64,000 nt of DNA from an uncultured Dorea sp. (GTDB lineage: Bacteria; Bacillota; Clostridia; Lachnospirales; Lachnospiraceae). The position numbers were made by a program, and so were the translations under genes. Under the pieces are notes generated by a model. The model saw only the letters and a list, made by a program, of their open reading frames with translations, was not told the origin of the DNA and ran no database searches. Shown piece after piece: positions 37,827-48,563 of the stretch. How positions within the stretch are numbered: the first letter of the stretch is position 1; every line of letters starts with the position of its first letter. Location: the NCBI GenBank assembly GCA_910584575.1, contig CAJUBG010000003.1:24107-88106 (forward strand). The letters run 5' to 3'.

Positions 37827-39177
37827 GAAAAGTGATTTTACCGGAACAGGGAAGGTATATCGCTTTACACTGTCGCAGATGATGAAGGGAAAGGCGAATA
37901 TTATTTCCTTAATAATCTTTTTCCTGATTGCAGCCGCGAGTATTCCGATTATGACTGTGATGATGGGCGGGGATAAAGCCGCGTCCCCTGATAATCCTGA
38001 GGCTTTAGGGATTGCCGTTGTCTATGTCCAGAATGATACGGGATATGGATTGGATTTGGAGAGTGTTCCTCAGAGGAATGAGATTTTTGAGAATACAGAA
38101 TTTGTAGATACAGATTTGATGAATGTGGATTGGTCGGAGGATACATATGAGTCTATGCTTCAACCGGAGGAAATCTATGTACATCTTCAAAGGGATGAAG
38201 AAAAGATGTGCTTTTCAATCGGCGCATATACGCTGGAGGATAAGGAGTTTACGGACGGAGATATAGATTCCTGTGTGGGTATGCTGTCCGGACTTCTGGA
38301 CGAGGCGCGCTATGCGGGGCAGGCTGCCAGGGCAGAGCAGATTGCAGTCATGACCAGCCCATATAATACCAATGTACAGAGCGTTTCGGAGTATCTTGAG
38401 GAAAAAGAGGATGACTTTGACGCGCGTTTCGGGGTGCAGATTCTATATTCCGTGGCTCTTTTGATACTATGTACATTTGTTTCGTCCTTTATTATCCAGA
38501 AGGTCATAGAGGAAAAGGCTTCAAAGCTAGCAGAGCTTTTGATGGTAAGCGTTCAGCCCCTTGCGCTGCTTGTTGGAAAAATTCTTGCAGTGATGACATA
38601 TATATTTGGGCTGGTTGTTTCTCTTGCGGCGGTCATGGGAATTTCATACGCGGTTACCGGACAGTTTGCAGATACCTCTGTCATGCGGCAGCAGATTGCA
38701 GCATCCGGTATTTCCGCAGATATACTCAATATTTCACCCGTTACTGTGTTGATTCTGGTCGTCTCGCTGTTTCTTGGATATTTGCAGGTTTCCCTGCTTA
38801 GCGGGCTGATTGGAACAGGCTGCTCGTCCACAGAGGATGTAGAGCCTGCAAACCTTACGATTGTTCTGTTGGTTATGGCAGGGTACATAGCGGCAGTTAT
38901 GACGGTTGGCTCAGGTAACCCTGTACTGGCATATGTGGTGTCTCTGTGTCCGGTTGCCTCAATGTTCTGTGCGCCTGTGCGCTATCTCATCGGTGATATC
39001 GGAATCGGAATGCTGGCGTTCTCCTGGGTGCTTCAGCTTGCCGTGATTCTTCTGCTGGCTTATGTCTGCGCAAGAATCTACCGCGCTTTGATGATGTACC
39101 GCGGAAGCCGCATGAAGCTTGGAGGATGGATTTCCATGTTTCGCCAGAATGGCGCAAAGGAGGTAGATAACAGATGA
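37816..39177 (+). CDS. ABC-2 permease (NatB/YhaP-like)
   Basis: Multiple TM segments, IEEKASKLAELL...LLVGKI motif. Confidence 0.85.
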   Translation: MKLKKSDFTGTGKVYRFTLSQMMKGKANIISLIIFFLIAAASIPIMTVMMGGDKAASPDNPEALGIAVVYVQNDTGYGLDLESVPQRNEIFENTEFVDTDLMNVDWSEDTYESMLQPEEIYVHLQRDEEKMCFSIGAYTLEDKEFTDGDIDSCVGMLSGLLDEARYAGQAARAEQIAVMTSPYNTNVQSVSEYLEEKEDDFDARFGVQILYSVALLILCTFVSSFIIQKVIEEKASKLAELLMVSVQPLALLVGKILAVMTYIFGLVVSLAAVMGISYAVTGQFADTSVMRQQIAASGISADILNISPVTVLILVVSLFLGYLQVSLLSGLIGTGCSSTEDVEPANLTIVLLVMAGYIAAVMTVGSGNPVLAYVVSLCPVASMFCAPVRYLIGDIGIGMLAFSWVLQLAVILLLAYVCARIYRALMMYRGSRMKLGGWISMFRQNGAKEVDNR

Positions 39178-40511
39178 AAGGGCTTGGAAAAATATTTTCA
39201 TTTACATTTGTCCAGCATGTGAAGCGAAAAGGCTATCTGAATGTGACGATTATCATTGCTTTTCTCTGTCTGCTGCTTCCGGCAGCCATTATGCCGGCAA
39301 TCGAGTATTTTAAAGAGGACGACACGTATGAGAGCAAGCTTGCCAAAGTATATGTGGTTGAACAGAATGGCGGGACAGAGGGAGAAACAGACTATGGAGT
39401 TTTGAACAGCGTAGACGCCGCGCGGTTTACGGATGTCGTTTACGAGATGGCAGATAGTGTGGAGGAGGCTGCAAAAAAAGCGGAGGCAGACGATTATTCG
39501 GCTTTGCTCGTCGTCGGTTATCAGGATAATGCCTATCAGCTTGACGTGCTTCTTCCGGACAAAACGAAGCTTAATAAGAAGGATGTGAATGCATATGAAG
39601 CATTTCTTTCGGGTGCGTTCCGTTCTATTCTGATTCAAAAATCCAACCTTGAGGTTACGCAGATTGCAGAGCTGACCATGCCTATTGAAACACAGGTGCG
39701 TGACAGCAGTATTCCTGCGGAGGAGAGTGATGAATATGCGTCTGCGAAAAGTGTTCTGGCATCGCTGCTTCCCTATCTGAACATCATGGTTCTCTACTTT
39801 ATGATTCTTGCATATGGGCAGGGGACGGCGAACAATGCCATTATGGAGAAAACGTCAAAGCTCATGGATTTATTCTTAGTGACTGTGAAGCCAGGGGCAA
39901 TGCTTTTGGGAAAGGTGTTTGCAACGGCGGCAAGCGGGATTCTTCAGATTTTGGTTTGGATTGGAGGGCTGTTCGGCGGTTTTGCGCTAGGCATCCATTT
40001 TACAAAAATGGTGAATCCTAAGACTGATATGGCGTTGATTCAGTTGGTCGAAACGTTTGGAGAATTTTCCGGAATGTTTACGGTTTCCGGCGTGATTCTT
40101 GCCCTTCTGATGTTGGCGGCGGGGCTTTTGCTTTACTGCTCGCTTGCGGCAATCGGCGGCGCCATTGCCGAGAAGCCGGAGGATCTGTCCAGCACGAATA
40201 TGCTGTTTATCATGGTGCTGCTTATAAGCTTCTTCGCAACTATGTTTGCGGGAGGAACAGGTGCGGACGTACCCTGGGATGCGGTTACGTGGCAGGTATG
40301 GGTGCCGTTTACGGCGATTCTGGTTGCGCCCACAAAGATTTTACTTGGAGTCATGAGTATACCGGAGGCGCTTGGTTCACTTGCCATTGTGGTTTTGACG
40401 GCGACTGTGATTACCATGATTGCGGGGAGGATTTATAAGATGATGTCCCTTTATAAAGGAAATCTGCCGAGTCCGAAGAAAATGATAGAGATGCTGAGAA
40501 GTCAGCGGTAA
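39174..40511 (+). CDS. ABC-2 permease (NatB/YhaP-like)
   Basis: MEKTSKLMDLFL...LLGKV motif, TM segments, ATGA overlap. Confidence 0.85.
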   Translation: MKGLGKIFSFTFVQHVKRKGYLNVTIIIAFLCLLLPAAIMPAIEYFKEDDTYESKLAKVYVVEQNGGTEGETDYGVLNSVDAARFTDVVYEMADSVEEAAKKAEADDYSALLVVGYQDNAYQLDVLLPDKTKLNKKDVNAYEAFLSGAFRSILIQKSNLEVTQIAELTMPIETQVRDSSIPAEESDEYASAKSVLASLLPYLNIMVLYFMILAYGQGTANNAIMEKTSKLMDLFLVTVKPGAMLLGKVFATAASGILQILVWIGGLFGGFALGIHFTKMVNPKTDMALIQLVETFGEFSGMFTVSGVILALLMLAAGLLLYCSLAAIGGAIAEKPEDLSSTNMLFIMVLLISFFATMFAGGTGADVPWDAVTWQVWVPFTAILVAPTKILLGVMSIPEALGSLAIVVLTATVITMIAGRIYKMMSLYKGNLPSPKKMIEMLRSQR

Positions 40512-40543
40512 GGTGATACAACTTTAAGAGGTGCCTGAATTAC

Positions 40544-40590
40544 AGGGCTGCCGCATTAGATGCAAAAAGTTTGCTCAGTGCGGCAGCCCT
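40544..40590. terminator. Terminator between convergent genes
   Basis: AGGGCTGCCGCA / TGCGGCAGCCCT stem. Confidence 0.7.
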
Positions 40591-40622
40591 TATATTGTGT
40601 GAAATGAAACCTATATGACAGC

Positions 40623-42824
40623 TCAATCTGCCATGCAATTCACTCTTTTCAGATAGAATTGGAATGAACTGTAATCGTCCACTTCACGATTAATGGGCAG
40701 TCCGGCGTTCATAAGGGCAGAACCGGAACGGGGCTCGTCACCGCCGTTAATGCTGTACATTGCGTCGGGGATAAGGCCCTTTGCCCGTATATATTCCTGA
40801 GGTCCGTTGCAGGTCAGATTCGTGACAACTACACTCAGAAGCGACTCGGACTTGTCCTTGGATACATGCTGCCATGCAGTCATATTGCCCATTTCAAAAG
40901 GATTGGTCAGGCGGTAGTAATCCCCCTTCATAATCAGCGGATAATATTTGCGGAATAAATCACTCTGTTCACGGCATATTTCCTGTTCTTCTTCAGACAG
41001 ATGGGTTGCATCCAGCTCATAGCCGAAGGTTCCGCACATGGCAACCACAGCCTTTGTCTTAATCGGGACTAATTTACCGCTGTCTGAAATGTGTGCGCCC
41101 ATGGTACATACCGGATACACGAAGGAGGTTCCGTAGTGGAGTTTCAGCCGGTCAATGGGGTGGTTGTTATCGCTGACCCAATACTGGGGATAGTAGTGGA
41201 GCATTGCCGCGTCGTAGCGGCCTCCTCCGCCTGAACACCCTTCAAAGAGAATGTCAGGGTGGGTCTTGATGATGTTGTCCATCACCCTGTAAAGCCCCAG
41301 GATATATCTGTGGTAGACCTCGCCCTGTCTTTCAGGAGGAAGCTCGTTAGACCAGATATCTGCAAGGGAACGGTTGATATCCCATTTTACATAGAAGATA
41401 TTGGCGTCGTCCAAAATAGCGTTGACCTGCTCTATCAGGTAATCCTGCACGTCACGCCTGCTCATATCCAGCGCCATCTGGTTGCGGCTGCGCACAGCAT
41501 GGCGTCCTGGAATCTGCATGGTCCACTCCGGATGTGCCCTGTATAAATCACTGTCCTCTGACACCATCTCCGGCTCAAACCAGATACCGAACTTCATGCC
41601 AAGGTCGTTAATCTGCTCTACAAGTTTATGTAATCCGCATTTAATCTTATCCTGATTCACGTACCAGTCTCCAAGACCGCTGTTGTCGTCGTCACGTTTG
41701 CCGAACCAGCCGTCATCCATTACCAGAAGGTCAACGCCCATGTTCTTGGCAGCCTTGGCAATCTCTACCAGCTTCACGTCGTCAAAATCCATGAACGCCG
41801 CTTCCCAACTGTTAATCAGAACCGGTCTTTGAACCTCCTGTACGAACTTGCTGCGGCAGAGGTTTGTACGATAGAAATCATGGTACAGATGGGACAGACC
41901 GGTAAATCCATGCTCAGTAAACGCCATGACAACCTCAGGTCCTTCAAAGACCTCCTGTGGCTTTACTTCATACACAAACTGCTTGGGATGGATACCCATC
42001 ACCAGCCTGAGTTGGTCATACTGGTCAAGCTCTGCCTCCGCAAGGAAGTTGCCGCTGTACATCAGGGAAAAACCATAACATTTTCCATAATCTTCTGTGG
42101 CGTTCTTGTCACAGAGAACCACAAAGGGGTTCTGCTGATGGCTGGATGAGCCGCGTACACTGCCGATGGTATGGATATGGTGGGTCATGCGCTGGCGCTC
42201 TACCTGCCTCTCCTGACCGTACCGTCCCGGAAGGCTTACCAGGTCGAAGTCCAGTCCGTTTAAAAAGTCTACGCAGACGGACATAATCTTCTTAAGATGG
42301 ATGGAGGCGCTTCCGGAGTTGATTACTTTTACAGCCCTTGTTATGATATCTGCTTCTTCAAAGACGCTGTAAAGCAGAACCACCTGCACATGGCTGACCT
42401 CGTCTGACAGGGTTACCTCCAGGGTGTCCACTGTATCGTTTTCTGTGGCAAATACGCAAGGGAGGGTATCCAACTGGTATTTGCCTTTGCTAATCTTATA
42501 ATCGACGGCTTTCCCGTGATAAGAGTAGCTGCCGTCTCCGTTGACAACTTCAATGCTCGCAGTACGGAAATCTCCCTGCTGTTGTGTGGTGAATTCCTGA
42601 GGCTGTGCATCCAGCGAGAATGTCCGTTCATTCCTGGACTCGTAAGGGTTGCCGGAGAAACCCCGATCATACTGCATAATCTGGTAGGACATATCCGCAT
42701 CTTGGATAGACGGCCCGTAATAAAGATGAAGAAGATAATCCAGATTGCCGATCTTCATCTGATAAGACGAATGTTTTGTGTGTAAGGTAATGGTTTTTGA
42801 TGTTTCGTTATAAATGATTCCCAT
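40623..42824 (-). CDS. Alpha-galactosidase, GH36
   Basis: NSWEA, VMDDGWFG, FGIWFEPEMV, YVKWDINR, EGCSGGGGR motifs. Confidence 0.95.
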   Translation of the reverse strand: MGIIYNETSKTITLHTKHSSYQMKIGNLDYLLHLYYGPSIQDADMSYQIMQYDRGFSGNPYESRNERTFSLDAQPQEFTTQQQGDFRTASIEVVNGDGSYSYHGKAVDYKISKGKYQLDTLPCVFATENDTVDTLEVTLSDEVSHVQVVLLYSVFEEADIITRAVKVINSGSASIHLKKIMSVCVDFLNGLDFDLVSLPGRYGQERQVERQRMTHHIHTIGSVRGSSSHQQNPFVVLCDKNATEDYGKCYGFSLMYSGNFLAEAELDQYDQLRLVMGIHPKQFVYEVKPQEVFEGPEVVMAFTEHGFTGLSHLYHDFYRTNLCRSKFVQEVQRPVLINSWEAAFMDFDDVKLVEIAKAAKNMGVDLLVMDDGWFGKRDDDNSGLGDWYVNQDKIKCGLHKLVEQINDLGMKFGIWFEPEMVSEDSDLYRAHPEWTMQIPGRHAVRSRNQMALDMSRRDVQDYLIEQVNAILDDANIFYVKWDINRSLADIWSNELPPERQGEVYHRYILGLYRVMDNIIKTHPDILFEGCSGGGGRYDAAMLHYYPQYWVSDNNHPIDRLKLHYGTSFVYPVCTMGAHISDSGKLVPIKTKAVVAMCGTFGYELDATHLSEEEQEICREQSDLFRKYYPLIMKGDYYRLTNPFEMGNMTAWQHVSKDKSESLLSVVVTNLTCNGPQEYIRAKGLIPDAMYSINGGDEPRSGSALMNAGLPINREVDDYSSFQFYLKRVNCMAD

Positions 42825-43018
42825 AAGTCCTACTGTCCTCCTAAATATTTCCATTTTATAAAAGTATATCATGAATTCTCGGAAAAAGATTTGTCACAAT
42901 AGTAGAAAATATCGGGAAATTTTAGTGTAGTTTTTCGGTTGATTTTTGGGCTCTCGCATAATTATTTAATATTTGATGAACACTAGTACATAACTGTATT
43001 TGTATGGAGGAATAAAGA

Positions 43019-44326
43019 GTGGTGGAAAAGCGTTCGATATGGACCGAAAATATAAGCTTGCCCCAGTTTAAACAGCTTAAGGGCAATAAGAAAACGGATG
43101 TGCTGATTATCGGCGGCGGCATGGCAGGAATCTTAAGCGCCTATTTTATGGAAAAGGTGGGAGTAGACTACGCGCTTGTGGAAGGCGAAAGAATCTGTTC
43201 AGGAATCACAGGAAACACTACTGCGAAAATCACGTCCCAACACGGGCTGATTTACCAGAAGCTTCTGAAAAGCCTGGGGATTGAGAGGGCAAGGATGTAC
43301 CTCGACGCCAACCAGGAGGCTGTTCAAAAATACGCAAGACTCTGCCGGAGGATAGACTGTGATTATGAGGAGAAATATTCTTACGTCTATTCCCTCAATA
43401 ACCGCAAAAAATTGGAGGACGAGGCAGAGGCGCTGTCTAAGCTCGGCTGTAAGCCTTGGCTTACAGAGCAGTGTGAACTTCCGTTCCAGACCGCAGGGGC
43501 AGTAGGATTTGCAGAACAGGCGCAGTTCCACCCTCTGAAATTCATAAACAGTATCGCCAAAGGACTTAAGATTTACGAAAATACCTTTGTGAAGGAACTT
43601 AAAAAAGAAGCGGCAGTCACAGAACACGGTGAAATTACGTTTCAGAAGCTCATCTTTGCGACACATTTTCCCATAGACAATAAGCATGGCTTATATCCTT
43701 TGAAAATGTACCAGCACAGGTCTTATGTTATTGCCCTTAAGGATGGACCCCAATTAAAAGGCATGTATATTGACGAGGCAAAACAGGGCATGTCCTTTCG
43801 TAATTATAAGGAGTATCTCCTTTTGGGCGGCGGAAGCCATAAAACCGGAGAAAAGGGCGGTAATTGGGAAGAACTTCGTAATTGTGCAAGATTATACTAT
43901 CCTAACCTGGATGAAAAATATTACTGGGCCACTCAGGACTGCATGACCTTGGATGGGATTCCTTATATTGGACGGTATTCCCGAAGTATGCCAGGCTGTT
44001 TTGTCGCAACCGGCTTCAACAAATGGGGAATGACCTCCTCCATGGCGGCGGCTTCTATCCTGACAGACCTGGTTCTGGAAAAGGAAAATCCATATGCGTT
44101 AGTTTTCAATCCATCCAGAAATATGATAAAACCACAGTTGTTCGTCAATGGATTTACGGCGGTCAAGAACCTGCTCACCATTTCCGAAAAACGCTGTCCC
44201 CATCTTGGGTGCGCCCTGAAATGGAATAAGACAGAACATTCCTGGGACTGTCCCTGCCATGGCTCGCGGTTTGACGGGTTCGGGCGGCTGCTTAATAATC
44301 CGGCAAACGGAAATCTTAAGAAATAA
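43019..44326 (+). CDS. FAD-dependent oxidoreductase with C-terminal Rieske domain (YhfW-like)
   Basis: IIGGGMAG, GFNKWG, and Rieske CPHLGC...WDCPCHGSRF. Confidence 0.9.
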   Translation: MVEKRSIWTENISLPQFKQLKGNKKTDVLIIGGGMAGILSAYFMEKVGVDYALVEGERICSGITGNTTAKITSQHGLIYQKLLKSLGIERARMYLDANQEAVQKYARLCRRIDCDYEEKYSYVYSLNNRKKLEDEAEALSKLGCKPWLTEQCELPFQTAGAVGFAEQAQFHPLKFINSIAKGLKIYENTFVKELKKEAAVTEHGEITFQKLIFATHFPIDNKHGLYPLKMYQHRSYVIALKDGPQLKGMYIDEAKQGMSFRNYKEYLLLGGGSHKTGEKGGNWEELRNCARLYYPNLDEKYYWATQDCMTLDGIPYIGRYSRSMPGCFVATGFNKWGMTSSMAAASILTDLVLEKENPYALVFNPSRNMIKPQLFVNGFTAVKNLLTISEKRCPHLGCALKWNKTEHSWDCPCHGSRFDGFGRLLNNPANGNLKK

Positions 44327-44341
44327 ACAAGTGAAGAACAA

Positions 44342-44392
44342 GGGGCTGTGAAAGAATAGCGTGTAGAAAACACAATATTCCCCCACAGCCCC
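44342..44392. terminator. Stem-loop between convergent genes
   Basis: GGGGCTGTG / CACAGCCCC stem. Confidence 0.55.
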
Positions 44393-44431
44393 AGATATTT
44401 TAATACATGATTACATCAATCAGCGAATAGG

Positions 44432-46222
44432 CTACTCAATCTTCACAAAGTCAGCCGCCCCATGCTTGCAAAGCGGACACACAATATCATCCGGCAGTTC
44501 ATCGCCTTCATAGACATATCCGCAAACCACGCAGACATAGCCTTTCTTGCCTTCTGTATTCGGTTTTGGCTTCACATTGCTCTGATAGTAATTATATGTC
44601 ATAGTCTCCACGTTAGTAATCACACGCGCCTCTGTAACTGTACAGATGAACATTCCGTGGGTATCCAAATCTACATATTGCTCAACCTTCAAAGACATGA
44701 AGGAGTTGATGTATCTTGGAAGAAATACCAGCCCGTTATCGGAACGAAGCGGAGTACAGTCTGCAAACTTGTCCACAGTCCGCCCACTCTGGAATCCAAA
44801 GTTCTCGAATACCTTAAAAGGCGCGTCTGTTGACAGGCAGTTAATATTCATTATGCCGGTCTGCTTGATTACATGATGGGAATAATTATCCTTATTGATG
44901 GTTACGGCAATGCGGTTCGGCGTATTCGTCACCTGTGTCACGGTATTGACGATGAGTCCGTTATCCTTCTTTCCGTCATTGGAGGTCACTACATAAAGCC
45001 CGTAACCAATCTTAAACAGTGCGGTCAGGTCATTCTTATCTGCAGTCTCATCGTGCTGAGCCAGATAATTCTTGCAGAACTCATCGGCCAGAGCTTCCAA
45101 CTGCTCATTGCTCTCGTCATTAAGGGCAGAATGGATATGAACAGTCGTGTTTGCAAAGGTCAGCTTCTTACATCCCTCCAACATCTGCTTCATAGTCTTG
45201 GCGGCAAGAGGCGCCCAGGAACCGTTTTCAATCAGCCCTACAAAACGATTCTGGAAATTCCTTTCTGTCAGATGGTCAATATACTCGCGCATGAACGGGA
45301 AAATATCTGCGTTATAAGTTGTAGTTGCAAGGATTAATTTGCCGTAGCGGAATGCGTCCGCAACTGCCGCCGACATATCACAGCGGGCAAGATCATGAAC
45401 AATCACAGCCGGACAGCCCTTCCTGCGCAGCTTTTCAGCCAATGCCTCCACAGCCTTCTTTGTGTTGCCGTACACAGAGGTGTAGGCAATGACGATTCCG
45501 GTTGTCTCTACATTATAAGCTGACCATGTATTGTAGAGTCCAAGGTAATAGCCAAGGTTCTCTTTAAGTACAGGCCCGTGCAGCGGACAAATGGTCTGAA
45601 TGTCCAATGTGGAAGCCTTCTTTAAAAGCCTCTGAACCTGTGCGCCGTATTTCCCTACAATTCCGATATAGTAGCGGCGTGCCTCGTCAGCCCATTCTTC
45701 GGTAACGTCCAGCGCGCCGAATTTGCCGAAGCCGTCTGCGGAGAATAATACCTTTTCGTAGCTATCGTAAGTGACGATAACCTCTGGCCAGTGTACCATA
45801 GGCGCTGTAACGAAGGTAAGCTCATGCTTTCCAAGAGAAAGGGTGTCGCCTTCTGCCACAACAATCTGTCTGTCCTCAAAATCTGTGCCGAAGAACTGCT
45901 TCATCATTACAAATGCCTTGGCAGAAGATACGATTGTCGTGTCCTTATATACATTCATAAAATTCGCAATATTGGCGGAATGGTCAGGCTCCATGTGTTG
46001 TACGATAAGATAATCGGGCTTGCGTGAGCCTATGGCGGCTTCGATATTATCCAGCCATTCGTGGGTAAAACGTGCGTCAACCGTATCCATCACGGCTACT
46101 TTTTCATCCATAATCACATAGGAATTATAGGACATACCATTCTTTACTACATACTGGCCCTCGAACAAATCTACGGCATGGTCATTGACACCGACATATT
46201 TGATATCATTTGAAATATCCAT
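44432..46222 (-). CDS. fprA: Flavodiiron protein fused to flavin reductase and rubredoxin domains
   Basis: HMEPDH, HWPE, SADGFG and PLHGP diiron ligands. Flavodoxin YTSVYGNT. Reductase IGYGLYVV...THGMF. Rubredoxin CVVC...CPLC. Confidence 0.9.
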   Translation of the reverse strand: MDISNDIKYVGVNDHAVDLFEGQYVVKNGMSYNSYVIMDEKVAVMDTVDARFTHEWLDNIEAAIGSRKPDYLIVQHMEPDHSANIANFMNVYKDTTIVSSAKAFVMMKQFFGTDFEDRQIVVAEGDTLSLGKHELTFVTAPMVHWPEVIVTYDSYEKVLFSADGFGKFGALDVTEEWADEARRYYIGIVGKYGAQVQRLLKKASTLDIQTICPLHGPVLKENLGYYLGLYNTWSAYNVETTGIVIAYTSVYGNTKKAVEALAEKLRRKGCPAVIVHDLARCDMSAAVADAFRYGKLILATTTYNADIFPFMREYIDHLTERNFQNRFVGLIENGSWAPLAAKTMKQMLEGCKKLTFANTTVHIHSALNDESNEQLEALADEFCKNYLAQHDETADKNDLTALFKIGYGLYVVTSNDGKKDNGLIVNTVTQVTNTPNRIAVTINKDNYSHHVIKQTGIMNINCLSTDAPFKVFENFGFQSGRTVDKFADCTPLRSDNGLVFLPRYINSFMSLKVEQYVDLDTHGMFICTVTEARVITNVETMTYNYYQSNVKPKPNTEGKKGYVCVVCGYVYEGDELPDDIVCPLCKHGAADFVKIE

Positions 46223-46463
46223 TGGTAATCACTCCTATTCTTTTTGATTTTGTCCATTATAGCATAACGGGAAATAAAAATACATGGGATTGTGAAAAAA
46301 TATGAGATATGATTATGTGCAGAGAAATTCAAAACCTCTGCCTTTCAAATCTTGTCCCAATATGCTATAATGAAAACCATGTTGATACACCTTCCCCGCC
46401 CAACGCCTTTATCCAGGCTCTTGGCAGGAGGAGGGAAAGCATATATAAAGGAGTAGAATAGAT

Positions 46464-47855
46464 ATGGATTTGATTACAATCAGAGAGTTATACAAGAACA
46501 AAGAGAACTATCTTGAAAAGAAGCTTACAGTAGGAGGATGGGTACGCAGTATCCGCGATTCCAAGACATTTGGTTTTATTGTATTGAATGACGGAACATT
46601 TTTCGAGCCTTTGCAGATTGTCTATCATGATAAGATGGAGAATTTTGCAGAGATTTCCAAGCTGAATGTAGGCGCTGCGGTAATCGTTACCGGTACGCTG
46701 GTTGCCACGCCCCAGGCTAAGCAGCCCTTTGAGATTCAGGCTGACACAGTAGAGGTTGAGGGGGCGTCCGCGCCGGATTATCCGTTACAGAAGAAGCGGC
46801 ACAGCTTTGAGTACCTGAGAACCATTTCCCACTTAAGGCCAAGGACGAACACCTTCCAGGCAGTCTTCCGCGTGCGTTCATTAACGGCATACGCCCTGCA
46901 CAGATTTTTCCAGGAGAGAGGCTTCGTCTATGTCCATACGCCGCTGATTACGGGAAGTGACTGCGAGGGTGCGGGAGAGATGTTTCGGGTAACAACACTT
47001 GATATGGAGAATGTCCCGAAGAATGAGGAGGGCCAGGCAGACTATACCCAGGACTTCTTCGGCAAGGAGACGAGCCTTACGGTCAGCGGCCAGTTAAATG
47101 CGGAAACCTATGCGCAGGCGTTCCGCAACATATACACATTTGGCCCCACATTCCGTGCAGAGAATTCTAATACCACCAGACATGCGGCAGAATTCTGGAT
47201 GATAGAGCCGGAGATTGCATTTGCAGACCTGGATGACGACATGATGCTGGCAGAGGCGATGTTAAAATATGTCATCAACTATGTCTTAGAAGAAGCGCCT
47301 GAAGAAATGAATTTCTTCAACTCCTTCGTGGACAAGGGATTACTTGAACGTCTCCACAATGTTGTGTCCTCTGATTTTGCAAGAGTAACCTACACGGAGG
47401 CCATCGAGCTTCTTGAGAAGAATAACGACAAGTTTGAATACAAGGTTTCCTGGGGCGCGGACTTGCAGACTGAGCATGAACGCTATCTGACGGAGGTTGT
47501 GTTCAAGCGTCCGGTATTTGTAACAGACTATCCGAAGGAGATTAAAGCCTTCTATATGAAGCAGAACGAGGACGGCAGGACCGTTGCCGCGGTAGACTGC
47601 CTTGTCCCTGGAATCGGTGAGATTATCGGCGGCAGCCAGAGGGAGGACGATTACGGAAAGCTGCTTGCAAGAATCGAGGAAATGGGTATGAAGGAGGAGG
47701 ACTACAAGTTCTATCTGGACCTGCGCAAATACGGTTCTACCCGCCACGCCGGTTTCGGCCTTGGTTTTGAACGCTGCGTGATGTACCTCACTGGAATGAG
47801 CAACATCCGTGATGTCATCCCATTCCCAAGAACCGTGAATAACTGCGAATTATAA
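46464..47855 (+). CDS. asnS: Asparagine--tRNA ligase
   Basis: [36 protein letters not shown] motifs. Confidence 0.97.
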   Translation: MDLITIRELYKNKENYLEKKLTVGGWVRSIRDSKTFGFIVLNDGTFFEPLQIVYHDKMENFAEISKLNVGAAVIVTGTLVATPQAKQPFEIQADTVEVEGASAPDYPLQKKRHSFEYLRTISHLRPRTNTFQAVFRVRSLTAYALHRFFQERGFVYVHTPLITGSDCEGAGEMFRVTTLDMENVPKNEEGQADYTQDFFGKETSLTVSGQLNAETYAQAFRNIYTFGPTFRAENSNTTRHAAEFWMIEPEIAFADLDDDMMLAEAMLKYVINYVLEEAPEEMNFFNSFVDKGLLERLHNVVSSDFARVTYTEAIELLEKNNDKFEYKVSWGADLQTEHERYLTEVVFKRPVFVTDYPKEIKAFYMKQNEDGRTVAAVDCLVPGIGEIIGGSQREDDYGKLLARIEEMGMKEEDYKFYLDLRKYGSTRHAGFGLGFERCVMYLTGMSNIRDVIPFPRTVNNCEL

Positions 47856-47873
47856 AAACAAAAAGAGGTTATC

Positions 47874-48563
47874 ATGAACATTTTAGTTGTAGATGATGAA
47901 AGAGAGATTGCGGATGTCATTGAATTATATCTTCAGAACGACCAGTACAGCGTATTCAAGTTCTATACCGGCGAGGATGCGCTTGCCTGTATCAAGAGCA
48001 AGAAGATTGACCTTGCGATTCTGGACATTATGCTTCCGGATATCGACGGGTTCCAGCTCTTGAAGATGATCCGCGAGAAATACACATTTCCGGTTATTAT
48101 GCTGACGGCTAAGACGGAATACATGGATAAGATTACCGGCCTTACCCTGGGCGCTGACGACTATATTCCCAAGCCCTTCAATCCCTTAGAGCTGGTTGCA
48201 AGGGTCAAGGCACAGCTTCGCCGGTATACCCAGTACAACGACGGAGGGAAGGACGAGGGGGATGTGATTGATTTTGGCGGGCTGCTTTTGAACCGTACCT
48301 CCCATGAGTGCGTATATAATGAAGTGCCGCTTACGCTGACCCCTATCGAGTTCGACATCCTCTGGCTTCTCTGTGAGAACCGCGGCAAGGTTATCAGTTC
48401 AGAGGAGTTGTTTGAGAAGGTATGGAATGAAAAATACTACAAGAACAGCAACAACACTGTGATGGTACACATCCGGCATCTGAGGGAGAAGATGAGTGGA
48501 CCCACAGGAAAGTCGGATTTTATCAAGACGGTTTGGGGAGTAGGGTATAAGATTGAAGAATAA
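47874..48563 (+). CDS. OmpR/VanR-like response regulator
   Basis: VVDDE, LDIMLP, GADDYIPKPF, TVWGVGY. Confidence 0.92.
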   Translation: MNILVVDDEREIADVIELYLQNDQYSVFKFYTGEDALACIKSKKIDLAILDIMLPDIDGFQLLKMIREKYTFPVIMLTAKTEYMDKITGLTLGADDYIPKPFNPLELVARVKAQLRRYTQYNDGGKDEGDVIDFGGLLLNRTSHECVYNEVPLTLTPIEFDILWLLCENRGKVISSEELFEKVWNEKYYKNSNNTVMVHIRHLREKMSGPTGKSDFIKTVWGVGYKIEE

